From contig JBGQGB010000002.1 in NCBI GenBank assembly GCA_041497195.1, positions 44,140 through 108,139 of the forward strand: DNA of 64,000 nucleotides, written 5' to 3'. The notes below the pieces were generated by a model. It was not told where the DNA came from, ran no database searches, and worked only from the letters and a program-made list of their open reading frames with translations. Positions 1-8,899 of the stretch are shown here, in pieces (the stretch's first letter is position 1; each line of letters starts with the position of its first letter). This stretch comes from Candidatus Doudnabacteria bacterium (lineage in GTDB: Bacteria; Patescibacteriota; Doudnabacteria; UBA920; 2-01-FULL-46-14). Made by a program: the position numbers and the translations under genes.

Positions 1-435
1 GCGGAACTACCGGACCTATTTTGAGGTGGCCCGGCGGTGTCTCAAACAAGACGGGTTGTTTCTGCTTCACACGATCACTTCGCCGGAAACGAACAGGCCG
101 TTTGATCCGTGGATGGGAAGCAGATTTTCCCGGATGCTCACCTCCCCTCGCTCAAACAGATCGCCGAGGCAGTCGAGGGACTGTTCGTCATCGAGGACGT
201 TCACAACTTCGGGCCCGATTATGACCCGACCCTGCGCTCCTGGTACGACAATTTCGAGTCGCACTGGGAGGAACTGCGGAAAAAAAACCCAGGAAAATAT
301 ACGGAGCAGTTCCGCCGGAAGTGGAGGTACTATCTGCTGATGTGCGCAGGGGCATTCCGGGCCCGCAGCATCGGGGTTTGTCAGATCGTACTGTCGCCAC
401 GCGGGGTCGCGGGCGGCTACAAGAGTCTGAGGTAA
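1..435 (+). CDS. cfa: Cyclopropane-fatty-acyl-phospholipid synthase family methyltransferase, C-terminal part. The 5' end lies outside the window. An apparent 1-nt frameshift sits in the GGG run near 113-118: frame 2 reads ...NYRTYFEVARRCLKQDGLFLLHTITSPETNRPFDPWM, then frame 1 continues GKQIFPDAHLPSL...WRYYLLMCAGAFRARSIGVCQIV.
   Basis: Both frames together align colinearly with the E. coli Cfa C-terminus (VDPWINKYIFPNGCLPS...FTYYLNACAGAFRARDIQLWQVVF). Frame 1 has a TGA at 103-105, so a frame switch is required. Confidence 0.65.
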
Positions 436-552
436 GGCACCTTTGGTTTTGTTTTTTTCAGCAGGCTGGATCCGCTTTTGGGTCCGGCCGGCTATTTTTT
501 TTGCTTTTGGGACAGGAAAACCGCTTGGATCAGGAAGCGGCGGCCGCTAGAT

Positions 553-567
553 TTGGGCAAAAATGAT
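553..567 (+). promoter_or_regulatory. Extended -10 promoter element (TGaTATAAT) upstream of the lytic transglycosylase gene
   Basis: aaatgatataatat lies about 20 nt upstream of the ATG at 582. Confidence 0.3.
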
Positions 568-581
568 ATAATATATCAATC

Positions 582-1913
582 ATGCTTTGGCTTCGGAACA
601 AAAAAATCAGCTTGTTTTTGGCCGCAGTTCTGATGGCGGCGTTTTCGAGCGTGTATGCGCAGAGCACGCCTACATCGTCCCCTGACGAAAAAGCGCAGTT
701 GCAGCAGCAGTTGCAGGATATCGAGGCTCAGATCCAGCAGTACCAGCAGCAGTTAGTGGAGATCGGCAGCCAGAAAAATACCCTGCAGAACAAAATCAAC
801 CAGCTGAAGAAACAAGAGGCGACCCTGTCCTTGCAGATCCAGGCCACCAGCCTGCAGGTCACCGATCTTTCCAATCAACTCGACGCCACGCAGGCCGCGA
901 TTGACCAGAACGTACTCAAAAGCCAGCAGCTAAAAAAACAGATGGCTGCAGTCATCCGGCTGACCTACGAACAGGACAACTATTCTCTGCTCGAGGTCCT
1001 CCTCTCCCAGAGTAATCTGTCCGACGCCCTCTCCGCCATTGAAAATTCTTCGCGACTCTCGGCGGCCCTCACTTCGCTCCTCAATCAGACCGCGCAAAAC
1101 ACGAAGCAGTTGGCTGAGGAGAAACAAAAGCTCAGTGACGAGCAAGAGGAGGCCAATAATCTTCTGTCCATCCAAAGCTTGCAGCAGGGACAATTGTTTG
1201 ATGCGGCCACTCAACAGTATCAGCTGCTCAAAGAAACCAAAGGCCGCGAGAGCGATTATCAGGCTGTTTTGAAAGGCACCCAGCAACAGGCGGCGGCGAT
1301 TCGGTCGCGGCTGTATGAACTGCTGGGTGTGGGGACGCAAATCACTTTTGGCCAAGCGGTCCAAATCGCCCAATGGGCCTCGGGCCAAACCGGCGTGCGC
1401 GTGGCATTTTTGCTCGCCATCCTGACTCAGGAGTCAAACCTAGGGAAAAACGTGGGCACTTGCAACCGCCCCGGCGACCCGCCCAGTAAGAGCTGGAAAG
1501 CGGTGATGAAGCCGGAGCGGGATCAGCAGCCGTTTTTGCAGATAACGAGCGAACTGGGCATGGATCCGAACATCACGCCAGTGTCCTGTCCCATGCATGA
1601 CAGCAGAGGGCGCCAAATCGGCTGGGGCGGCGCCATGGGGCCGGCGCAGTTCATCCCTTCGACCTGGCTGGGGTACAAAGACCAGGTCGCAGTCATCACT
1701 GGCAAGGCGGCCAACCCTTGGGATATCAGGGATGCGTTTCTGGCAGCGGCGATTAAGCTCAAAGCGGGCGGAGCCGGCACCCAGACCGGGGAATGGACTG
1801 CGGCCATGCTATATTTCTCCGGCTCGACCAATCCCAAATACCGTTTTTACGGGGATAGCGTGGTTGCTACCGCCGCCCAGTATCAAACTGACATCGACAA
1901 TTTGAATAAATAA
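582..1913 (+). CDS. Secreted peptidoglycan lytic transglycosylase (SLT-like domain) with an N-terminal Gln-rich coiled coil
   Basis: Signal peptide MLWLRNKKISLFLAAVLMAAFSSVYA. Long Q/L-rich heptad region. C-terminal motifs LAILTQESNLG and GGAMGPAQFIPSTW are typical of the SLT catalytic Glu-Ser and GLMQ/FIPSTW signature. Confidence 0.65.
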   Translation: MLWLRNKKISLFLAAVLMAAFSSVYAQSTPTSSPDEKAQLQQQLQDIEAQIQQYQQQLVEIGSQKNTLQNKINQLKKQEATLSLQIQATSLQVTDLSNQLDATQAAIDQNVLKSQQLKKQMAAVIRLTYEQDNYSLLEVLLSQSNLSDALSAIENSSRLSAALTSLLNQTAQNTKQLAEEKQKLSDEQEEANNLLSIQSLQQGQLFDAATQQYQLLKETKGRESDYQAVLKGTQQQAAAIRSRLYELLGVGTQITFGQAVQIAQWASGQTGVRVAFLLAILTQESNLGKNVGTCNRPGDPPSKSWKAVMKPERDQQPFLQITSELGMDPNITPVSCPMHDSRGRQIGWGGAMGPAQFIPSTWLGYKDQVAVITGKAANPWDIRDAFLAAAIKLKAGGAGTQTGEWTAAMLYFSGSTNPKYRFYGDSVVATAAQYQTDIDNLNK

Positions 1914-1933
1914 ATTTTTACGCAGGCAAAAAC

Positions 1934-1960
1934 AAAGGCCGCCCGAGGGGCGGCCTTTTT
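1934..1960. terminator. Bidirectional intrinsic terminator: GGCCGCCC-GAG-GGGCGGCC hairpin with A-tract 5' and T-tract 3'
   Basis: Perfect 8-bp GC stem followed by TTTTT, between convergent genes 582..1913 (+) and 1979..2410 (-). Confidence 0.7.
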
Positions 1961-1978
1961 CTCCGGGAAAAAACTAGA

Positions 1979-2410
1979 TTATTTCCAAAGCGATAAGATG
2001 ATGCCCATCACAAGCAGGACCACCAGGTAGTTGCCCAAATCTATGGACACGTATTTGAGCTTTTTGCCGCCCCAGATTTTGTCCCCCCATTTGACCGGCA
2101 GATAAAAACCCAACCAGACCCAGAAGGCGCCCTGCAGACCGGCCGAGATGCCAGTCATGCCAGGTATGGCAGCGCTATAGGCCCAGAGCATATGGGCGAG
2201 GACGTAGGCTGTCAGCAAGGACCCGACAAACTGTTGGGCATAGCCAGGGCCAGCGGACTTTTTCATCTTGGCCATCATCTCCTGGTTGTTGGGGTCCCAA
2301 CCCATCCCTTCCATCCAGAGTTTGCCAAAAAGCGGGCCGTACCAAACATAGCCAACGACCATCGACGCGATCGCGGCGACCAGCACAGCAAGATAGTTTA
2401 TTTGAGGCAT
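1979..2410 (-). CDS. DUF1761 family membrane protein
   Basis: Four predicted TM helices. Paralogous to 7158..7568 (shared WxGPLFGKxW ... LWGGK ... LxLWK motifs). Confidence 0.55.
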   Translation of the reverse strand: MPQINYLAVLVAAIASMVVGYVWYGPLFGKLWMEGMGWDPNNQEMMAKMKKSAGPGYAQQFVGSLLTAYVLAHMLWAYSAAIPGMTGISAGLQGAFWVWLGFYLPVKWGDKIWGGKKLKYVSIDLGNYLVVLLVMGIILSLWK

Positions 2411-2487
2411 ATTTTCCCTCTAAAACTTAAGAATTAATGATTTGCTCTAGTATACACCATCGGGACCTGGTTCACAGTATTTTCACA

Positions 2488-2880
2488 TCACTCGTCCTCG
2501 GGCTCCTCGCCCTTGCTTCCCAGTAAACCCTCGGCGGAAGCAAGCCATCGAGCGTACTGGATCATGAGCGGCTCGGTTTGTTCCGCCTTCTCGCGCAGGT
2601 CATGGTACATTACTTCCTTAAATACCTCATCGTGCTCTGCAATCACCTTTTGAGCCAGGGAGGTTAGCTGTTCCAGAGCGGCTTTTACGTCCTCAAGCAG
2701 TTGCGGCACCGGTGTTTCGCCCTCTTTCCACTTGGTAATGATTTCCTCGAGGAAAGCTTTTTTTTCCAGAAACTCGGCGAGTTCTACCTGTCCTACATCG
2801 CCGGAGTTATTCTCTTGGTCAGGATGTTGGTTTTCCCGATTGTCCATAAAATTAGTTAGGTTATGGAATGCTGAATTCAT
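2488..2880 (-). CDS. Hypothetical acidic protein
   Basis: 130-aa ORF, no recognisable motif. Confidence 0.4.
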   Translation of the reverse strand: MNSAFHNLTNFMDNRENQHPDQENNSGDVGQVELAEFLEKKAFLEEIITKWKEGETPVPQLLEDVKAALEQLTSLAQKVIAEHDEVFKEVMYHDLREKAEQTEPLMIQYARWLASAEGLLGSKGEEPEDE

Positions 2881-2970
2881 TTTACCGCAGCCAGGTCAGA
2901 ACTCAAAATTTCGAGGGCAAAAAAACGACTATTGGTTTTGCTCGTGGAGGTTTTTTGTTATGATGCATGT

Positions 2971-3540
2971 ATGAACATCAAATCCGCCGAGTTTGTAAAG
3001 GGCGTGGTCGGGGAAGACAAAATTTTGCAGGACGGCACCCCGCAGATAGCTTTTATTGGCCGTTCCAACGTGGGCAAGTCCAGTGTGATTAATTCTCTAG
3101 CAAACCAGAAAGACTTGGCTAGAACCAGTTCTTTTCCCGGCCGGACCCAGGAGATAAATATATATTTGATCAATAAATCTTTTTATTTGGTAGACTTGCC
3201 AGGGTATGGCTTTGCCAAGGCTTCATGGAAAGAGCGGGAGCAGTTGCAAAAATTGATTTATTGGTACTTGCTGGACTCAGACAGCGAACAGAAAAAAGTC
3301 GTCCTCATCGTGGATGCAAACGTAGGTCCCACAGACCTGGATCTGGAAATACTCCATGCTTTAGAAGAACAGGAAAAGGACATCATCATCGTCGCGAACA
3401 AAATAGACAAGATAAAAAAATCAGAATACAAAAAATTACTTCAAAAAGTCCAGGACGCGGTCGGCGATTACAAAGTCATTCCATACTCCGCGGAACAGAA
3501 AATCGGCCTGGGAAGCCTCATAAATGAAATTTTAAACTAA
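2971..3540 (+). CDS. engB: Ribosome biogenesis GTP-binding protein YihA/EngB
   Basis: G1 motif GRSNVGKSS, then DLPGYG and NKIDK motifs. Start moved to MNIKSAEF. Confidence 0.85.
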   Translation: MNIKSAEFVKGVVGEDKILQDGTPQIAFIGRSNVGKSSVINSLANQKDLARTSSFPGRTQEINIYLINKSFYLVDLPGYGFAKASWKEREQLQKLIYWYLLDSDSEQKKVVLIVDANVGPTDLDLEILHALEEQEKDIIIVANKIDKIKKSEYKKLLQKVQDAVGDYKVIPYSAEQKIGLGSLINEILN

Positions 3541-4790
3541 TGACAAGACCGCTTTCCTACGACGTGGCAGTCATCGGCGGCGGCCCGGCTGGCATGATGG
3601 CAGCAGGGCGGGCCGCTGAACTGGGAGCCAGAGTGGTTTTGCTTGAGAAAAACGCCAAACTCGGCAAAAAGCTCCTGATTACGGGCGGCGGCCGCTGCAA
3701 TATCACCAATGCCGAACTCGACGTAAAAAAAATGGTGGCCAAGTACGGCCGGAAAGGAAAGGCCCTATTCGGCGCTTTTGCCCGTTTTGGCGTGGAAGAT
3801 ACTCTGCATTTTTTTGAGCAACGCAAACTGCCCATAAAAATCGAGGCGGAAAAAAGAGCCTTCCCTGTAAGCCAAAAAGCCGAAGATGTCTGGAAAGTAA
3901 TGGTTGACTATTTGAAACAGGGTCGCGTGGACGTCGTATACAATGCCGCGGTAACCGGCCTCGCCTCCGAGCTGGGAAAAATCACAGCCGTGAAACTCAG
4001 CAAGGGCGAAATCCGCGCCAAAAACTACATAGTCGCCACGGGCGGAAAATCGCGGCCCGAAACCGGATCCACTGGCGAAGGATTTTTGTGGATGCAGAGC
4101 CTCGGCCACACGGTAGAAGAGTCAGACCCGGCCCTGGTGCCCATAAAAATCAAAGAAAATTGGGTCAAAAAACTTTCCGGGGTGAGTTTTTCCCGCGCCA
4201 AGCTGACGGTTTTCCAGGACAAGAAGAAGCAAGACAGCGGCACCGGAAAAATTCTCCTGACTCATTTCGGCCTGAGCGGCCCCCTAACTCTCAATATGAG
4301 CAAAAATGTCGCCGAGCTGTATAAGTACGCCCCGGTTGATTTGGAATTGGACCTCTATCCGGATCTGGACGCGATGGCTCTGGATAAAAAAGTCCTGCAA
4401 CACATTGGCTCGTCTTTGAATAAAAAACTAAAAAACAATTTGGGGGCAATAGTTCCTCCAAAAATGATCAGTACTATTTTGGAACTCGCGGAAATAGATC
4501 CGGAAAAGGCGGGAAACGCGCTGACCAAAGGAGAACGATCAAAAATCGTAAAACTCATCAAAGCCTTGCCTATGAGCGTTGCCGGGTTTCTTGGGGTGGA
4601 AAAAGCTATTGTCACCTCTGGCGGGGTATCGCTCAAAGAAATAGATTTCAAAACCGTGCAATCCAAACTCTATACAAACCTATACTTAGCCGGCGACATC
4701 CTCAATTTTGACCGCCCCTCGGGCGGCTTCTCCCTGCAAATCTGCTGGACCAGTGGATTTTTGGCAGGAGAAAACAGCGCCAAAGGCTAA
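3540..4790 (+). CDS. NAD(P)/FAD-dependent oxidoreductase, HI0933/YhiN/BaiN-like flavoprotein
   Basis: N-terminal dinucleotide fold DVAVIGGGPAGMMAAGRAAELGARVVLLEK and the GGGRCNITN motif. Confidence 0.75.
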   Translation: MTRPLSYDVAVIGGGPAGMMAAGRAAELGARVVLLEKNAKLGKKLLITGGGRCNITNAELDVKKMVAKYGRKGKALFGAFARFGVEDTLHFFEQRKLPIKIEAEKRAFPVSQKAEDVWKVMVDYLKQGRVDVVYNAAVTGLASELGKITAVKLSKGEIRAKNYIVATGGKSRPETGSTGEGFLWMQSLGHTVEESDPALVPIKIKENWVKKLSGVSFSRAKLTVFQDKKKQDSGTGKILLTHFGLSGPLTLNMSKNVAELYKYAPVDLELDLYPDLDAMALDKKVLQHIGSSLNKKLKNNLGAIVPPKMISTILELAEIDPEKAGNALTKGERSKIVKLIKALPMSVAGFLGVEKAIVTSGGVSLKEIDFKTVQSKLYTNLYLAGDILNFDRPSGGFSLQICWTSGFLAGENSAKG

Positions 4791-4865
4791 ACTGAAAAGC
4801 AGAGGACGGCTCCGCGCTGGCACGCGCACGCTTATATTAAAGGAGATGAAAAAATCCCTTAATCA

Positions 4866-6050
4866 CTAATCTTTTAGTACTTCTTTCAGACCCTCGGCTA
4901 AAGAAGCGGTATTAGGTAGTGAATGACTGAGAAAACTGAGTCCTTCTCTCATGAGCTGATAATCGCGAGCTTTCATCAATTCATCTTTGCTGGAGAAATT
5001 TTCCAGAAGAGTTGCCCTATATTTCTCCATGGCTGAGCGAAGCTTGTCGCCTGACAGCATCGATAGGCTAATTGCGCCAAGTGGATCGGAGCGCATCAAG
5101 AGCCACACCTGTTCCTCCGACAAATTTGGGAAACTTGTAAGGTCAACCGCGGCTCCAAAATCAATAAAGCGAATATCACCCGATTTACTAACCATGGTGT
5201 GAGACTTGCCCAGGTCGTCGCGTAGCAGTTGGTCGTTAATCACAATATTGTGCTTATGTAGCTTTTTTATTCCTTCGCCAATTTGACGCCCTAAGTTTCG
5301 CATGAATTCGGGAGTGCAGATTTTCGGGTCAAGTTTGGAAATCAGGTTACCTTCAATGAATTCTTCAGTCAAATAGCGCTTGATAGATTCAAATTGTCGA
5401 GGCCCCACCTGCAATTCGTCGGCAAGTTTAGCGATTTCTTTTTCCCCGCTATTTTCAAGCGTTTTAACCGCGTAGGCTTGATCGGAAAAAGCTATTTTTA
5501 CTGCGATCTTCCGTCCTTGAGTTGGCAGGATAAACACCTCCGGCTGTTGCCCTTGACTAATGCGTTCCCAAATTATCGGAAAGAACCCAGCCATAGAATA
5601 CCTTTTGAGGTTTTCGTCGTTTTCTACTCGGTTCAGCAGCAGCTCGTCCACCTGCGTTTCTCCGGCTAGAGCCTCTCGGATGACATTGATCTCTTCATCT
5701 GTGTAAGTTTGGTGGGTAGGATTATCAGCAATTTCAACCTGTTTGTTACCTAAACGCAGCTGGGCTAAGTATTTTTGATATTGTTCCGGATAGCGCTCCT
5801 TCAATTGTTCAACTGGAAGAAGCAGGCTCGCTTCTCGTTCGTTTTTTGGGACAAGAGGTTCGCCTAAATGTTGCTCAGCGGAGTCTAGCTGAGCCTCTAG
5901 TTCTTCCTTGCTCTTTGGTCGAAAGCGACTATTTTCTGGGTTCATAGGTTGTAGCTTTTTGTCAGAAAATCTTTTTTGAGATTTGGCGCTAAATTTTTCC
6001 GCATAGAATTTATATTTAGGGGCTTTTCCAGCAGGCCTTTCTAAAGTCAT
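4866..6050 (-). CDS. Atypical protein-kinase-like-fold protein, possibly a pseudokinase, with a charged N-terminal region
   Basis: AVK (beta3 Lys), EFIEG hinge, LHKHNIVINDQ in place of the catalytic loop, and DFG in IRFIDFGAAV. No canonical HRD. Confidence 0.4.
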   Translation of the reverse strand: MTLERPAGKAPKYKFYAEKFSAKSQKRFSDKKLQPMNPENSRFRPKSKEELEAQLDSAEQHLGEPLVPKNEREASLLLPVEQLKERYPEQYQKYLAQLRLGNKQVEIADNPTHQTYTDEEINVIREALAGETQVDELLLNRVENDENLKRYSMAGFFPIIWERISQGQQPEVFILPTQGRKIAVKIAFSDQAYAVKTLENSGEKEIAKLADELQVGPRQFESIKRYLTEEFIEGNLISKLDPKICTPEFMRNLGRQIGEGIKKLHKHNIVINDQLLRDDLGKSHTMVSKSGDIRFIDFGAAVDLTSFPNLSEEQVWLLMRSDPLGAISLSMLSGDKLRSAMEKYRATLLENFSSKDELMKARDYQLMREGLSFLSHSLPNTASLAEGLKEVLKD

Positions 6051-6097
6051 TTTAACACACTTGGTCAGGGGTCAAAATGGTCCGGGCCGCAGCCGCC

Positions 6098-6126
6098 TTG
6101 ACACTAGTGGCAAAATTTAGTATTAT
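6098..6126 (+). promoter_or_regulatory. Near-consensus sigma70-type promoter TTGACA-N17-TATTAT
   Basis: TTGACA at 6098-6103, a 17-nt spacer, TATTAT at 6121-6126. A strong RBS GGAGGAG follows about 10 nt before the ATG at 6167. Confidence 0.6.
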
Positions 6127-6166
6127 GTGAAGTTCGCATCAAAATCCTGAGGAGGAGAAAAAAGAT

Positions 6167-6493
6167 ATGGCTACGCAGGGACTGGTCACAGTGCTGAAGG
6201 ATGGGAAAGTCCGGATGAAGATTGTCGCTGGCACTAACGGCAGCAAAGCTGCAGTGGTGGCTCGGGCTATCAAAGACCTGAGGCGCGTGCCTACTCTGAA
6301 GGAGGCTTACCAGTTGGCCGCAGAGCACAACTTCGGGACGCGGCAGGATCTCATCGTCATCAACCAGAAAAGGGCAAAATACGAAGGCAGCGAGCCGCTT
6401 CCGCCGCGCTACCGGAGCACGTTCAACTCGCCGGTTTTCAATCCGCGATGGAAATACGGTATCGCTGACCATGTCGAGGTCGTGAGACTCTAA
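6167..6493 (+). CDS. Hypothetical small protein (108 aa)
   Basis: Good promoter and RBS. No recognisable domain. Confidence 0.5.
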   Translation: MATQGLVTVLKDGKVRMKIVAGTNGSKAAVVARAIKDLRRVPTLKEAYQLAAEHNFGTRQDLIVINQKRAKYEGSEPLPPRYRSTFNSPVFNPRWKYGIADHVEVVRL

Positions 6494-6518
6494 CCCGACC
6501 GAGCCACCTGAAAAAACC

Positions 6519-6567
6519 GACCCGCCGAGGCCATCAGCCAAGGTGGGTCAATTTTTTTAGTATTTTT
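6519..6567. terminator. Putative bidirectional terminator hairpin (GACCCGCC...GGTGGGTC) flanked by A- and T-tracts
   Basis: 8-bp stem with one G-U pair, a 15-nt loop, then AATTTTTTT. It lies between convergent genes. Confidence 0.4.
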
Positions 6568-6617
6568 TATGGCAGTGTGCCCTGGGCTAGAACCAGCTAC
6601 AGTAAGGTTTTAGACTG

Positions 6618-7064
6618 CTATTTCTCGAGCATTTTTTTCAAAGGCTCCCAGTAGTAGGTTTTCCAGCCGCCGGTGATGTTTTTTGCATCACTCATGGGTA
6701 TCCCTTTTTGGCTGAACATCAGCTTTGTCCCGTTTTTGGTTTCTTTCAGGAGGTACGTGATAGTGGAGGAGTGACCGACTGGCCAGTTGGATGCGCGCCA
6801 GGACTGCACGATTTTTTTGTCCGGGATGAGCTCGAGGTTTTTGCCGCTGATATAGTCGCCATGCGCAGTGAAACTGCCGCCGACTATGCGGCTGATCTTG
6901 GCAGGAGAGCTAGTGAACTTGGCATGTTTTTTGCTATCCATCAGCGCTTCGTAAATCGCATGAGCACTTGCCCTGATCATCAGGCCTTGCTTGAGGTCTT
7001 TGGTTTTGAGCATGGGTTTTTGAGTCAATTTTGGAGAAGAGTCTTGGCTTTTATATTTTAGCAC
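6618..7064 (-). CDS. SRPBCC superfamily protein (AHSA1/Bet v1-like fold)
   Basis: Length and motif pattern (W...G...W) are consistent with Activator-of-Hsp90-ATPase-like SRPBCC proteins. Confidence 0.45.
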   Translation of the reverse strand: MLKYKSQDSSPKLTQKPMLKTKDLKQGLMIRASAHAIYEALMDSKKHAKFTSSPAKISRIVGGSFTAHGDYISGKNLELIPDKKIVQSWRASNWPVGHSSTITYLLKETKNGTKLMFSQKGIPMSDAKNITGGWKTYYWEPLKKMLEK

Positions 7065-7157
7065 ATTCCAAAAACAAAAACCCTTCCCCGAGATTTGGGG
7101 GAAGGGGTCTGTATCACTTTGATTTCCGGGTGAAAAAATATAAAAAAAGACGTGAAA

Positions 7158-7568
7158 CTATTTCCAAGTACCCAGGATGAGGCCGGCTGCTACCATAGTG
7201 AGGAGACTGTTGCCAGCTCCGAGCCAGAACAATTTCATTTTCCCGCCCCAGAGCGCTTGCCCCAACTGAATGGGGATCATGAAGCCGATCCAGGCAAATA
7301 GCGCGGTGATGACTGCGCCTGACAAGCTGGTAATATGGAGGTTGATGATGAATCGATCGAGCACGATAAAAGTCACGACCGAGGCGATGAACTGCCAGAC
7401 ATAAGTCATCATCATGGACTTTTTCATCTTTGCTTGCTCCTCCGAGCTCAATTTATCCATGCCCATGAGGGAGATATACATTTTGCCAAAAAGCGGGCCA
7501 AACCAGACAGAGCCGATAATCATGCTGGCGATCGCAGAGGCCAAAATCGCTAACCAATTAAGCTGCAT
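7158..7568 (-). CDS. DUF1761 family membrane protein (paralog of 1979..2410)
   Basis: Colinear similarity to 1979..2410 across the whole length. Confidence 0.55.
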   Translation of the reverse strand: MQLNWLAILASAIASMIIGSVWFGPLFGKMYISLMGMDKLSSEEQAKMKKSMMMTYVWQFIASVVTFIVLDRFIINLHITSLSGAVITALFAWIGFMIPIQLGQALWGGKMKLFWLGAGNSLLTMVAAGLILGTWK

Positions 7569-7698
7569 TTATATTTCCACCCCCTCTCAAAAGTTTAGTT
7601 TCTAATTTGCAGATTCACTCGCTATTATCATCATTTCTTGTTTGATATTCTTGGTTTTGAGCATATTTATTGAGCCAACGTTTAAAATTGTTAAAGGT

Positions 7699-8094
7699 TT
7701 ATAAAAAGTCCACGAGCTTTTCTAATTGAGGGACTTTCGGTAGTTGTTTAATTTCATGCTTACTGAAGAATTTCATATCAACACATTCGTCTGACGGTTT
7801 GAAATCGAGGCTGCTAAAGCTAACCTTGTAAAAAACCATAATTCTGCCCCTTCCCACTTGATCGATTGTGGGATAGACGATAAATGGTTGTTGCTCCAAG
7901 ACTTCACATTCGAGGCCGGTTTCTTCTAGACATTCTCTTTTCAAACTTTCTATAAATTCTTCACCTTTTTGAATTCTACCGCCAGGAGGTTCCCAAAGTC
8001 CGTCCTTTTGCTGCAGCATCATTAACTTATTTTCTTTGTCAAAAAACAAGCCTTTGACTGAAACTTGGAAGATATTGTCGTTGGTATTATCCAT
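7699..8094 (-). CDS. NUDIX hydrolase
   Basis: Nudix box GGRIQKGEEFIESLKRECLEETGL. The gene is AT-rich relative to its surroundings. Confidence 0.8.
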   Translation of the reverse strand: MDNTNDNIFQVSVKGLFFDKENKLMMLQQKDGLWEPPGGRIQKGEEFIESLKRECLEETGLECEVLEQQPFIVYPTIDQVGRGRIMVFYKVSFSSLDFKPSDECVDMKFFSKHEIKQLPKVPQLEKLVDFL

Positions 8095-8150
8095 AGATTT
8101 TGTTTTGGCAATAAATCAAAGCTTTGTAAACTTTAGTCTTGTTTGTTTTT

Positions 8151-8609
8151 TTATAAGTATTTATTTGCAGATAAAAAATCATAGACCTGGATGACTTCCT
8201 CGACTTTTATGAGCCCATAATTGAGAGTTTTCATAGAAAGATGCTCAAATTTTTCGCCGATTAGACTTTTTCCAATAGCATCGTCTGCCAATAAATAATG
8301 GGCAATTTGAATACGGTATTCATTCAATTGTTCGAGCAAAAAAATAAAATCTTTTCGAAGTCCAAGCTTTTTTAATTCAACTATTGAAGCTCCAAGAGTA
8401 AATTTCTCAGTTTTTTTCTCTGTGTAATGATATTTATTACGAAGTAGTTTTTTAAGTACAAATTCAACTAATTGAACCTTGCCCATAAACATACCATACT
8501 GTTCAAGAAAGCTAAGTTTGTCCAGAGGAACCAGCGTCTTAGAAATTTTTGTTATTAGTTCTTTAGGTTTGAGTTTTTTATTAAATCTTCTTTTTTTATC
8601 CTTGGCCAT
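8151..8609 (-). CDS. Hypothetical protein. It may be a HEPN-like fold (an Rx4H motif in EYRIQIAH). The true start may be the internal Met at 8492.
   Basis: Alpha-helical prediction with an R-x4-H motif in its C-terminal half. The 5' end overlaps the GIY-YIG gene by 55 nt. AT-rich. Confidence 0.35.
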   Translation of the reverse strand: MAKDKKRRFNKKLKPKELITKISKTLVPLDKLSFLEQYGMFMGKVQLVEFVLKKLLRNKYHYTEKKTEKFTLGASIVELKKLGLRKDFIFLLEQLNEYRIQIAHYLLADDAIGKSLIGEKFEHLSMKTLNYGLIKVEEVIQVYDFLSANKYL

Positions 8610-8809
8610 TTCTTAATCTCCACCTCCCTTTGCATTGCTTTTCTCAGGGCCCTAAATTTTTCCGTATAAATTATCTTTCCGCCACCGTGAGTTCTGACAT
8701 AGATTGATCCTTTGCCTGCATTGTGGCGCTTTTCCCGAGCTGCCAGGTCATTGGTACTGCCGCAATATAAGGTGCCATCTTTGCAGCGGAGAATGTAGAA
8801 GTAGTGCAT
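8555..8809 (-). CDS. GIY-YIG nuclease family small protein
   Basis: YFYILRCKDGTLYCGSTNDLAAREKRH matches the GIY-(x10)-YIG, Arg and His-containing core. Confidence 0.75.
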   Translation of the reverse strand: MHYFYILRCKDGTLYCGSTNDLAAREKRHNAGKGSIYVRTHGGGKIIYTEKFRALRKAMQREVEIKKWPRIKKEDLIKNSNLKN

Positions 8810-8822
8810 TTGGTTTTAAATT

Positions 8823-8897
8823 TGGCAGCCCTACAGGGAATCGAACCCTGATTTAATGGCTGAGAACCATTCGTCCTGACCATTAGACGATAGGGCC
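8823..8897 (-). tRNA. tRNA-Glu (anticodon CUC)
   Basis: Hand-folded cloverleaf. Acceptor GGCCCTA/TAGGGCT with G73 and CCA, U8, D-arm GTCT/GGAC, anticodon stem AATGG/CCATT with loop TTCTCAG, T-arm CAGGG-TTCGATT-CCCTG. Confidence 0.8.
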
Positions 8898-8899
8898 GC

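Noticed and set aside
6569-6605. tRNA-like 3' fragment (CTGG-TTCTAGC-CCAG...CTGCCA) that could be a direct-repeat att site partner for the tRNA-Glu island
   Set aside because: Only 4-bp T-stem, T-loop purine position violated, and the match to the tRNA-Glu 3' end is limited to CTGCCA. Too weak to call.
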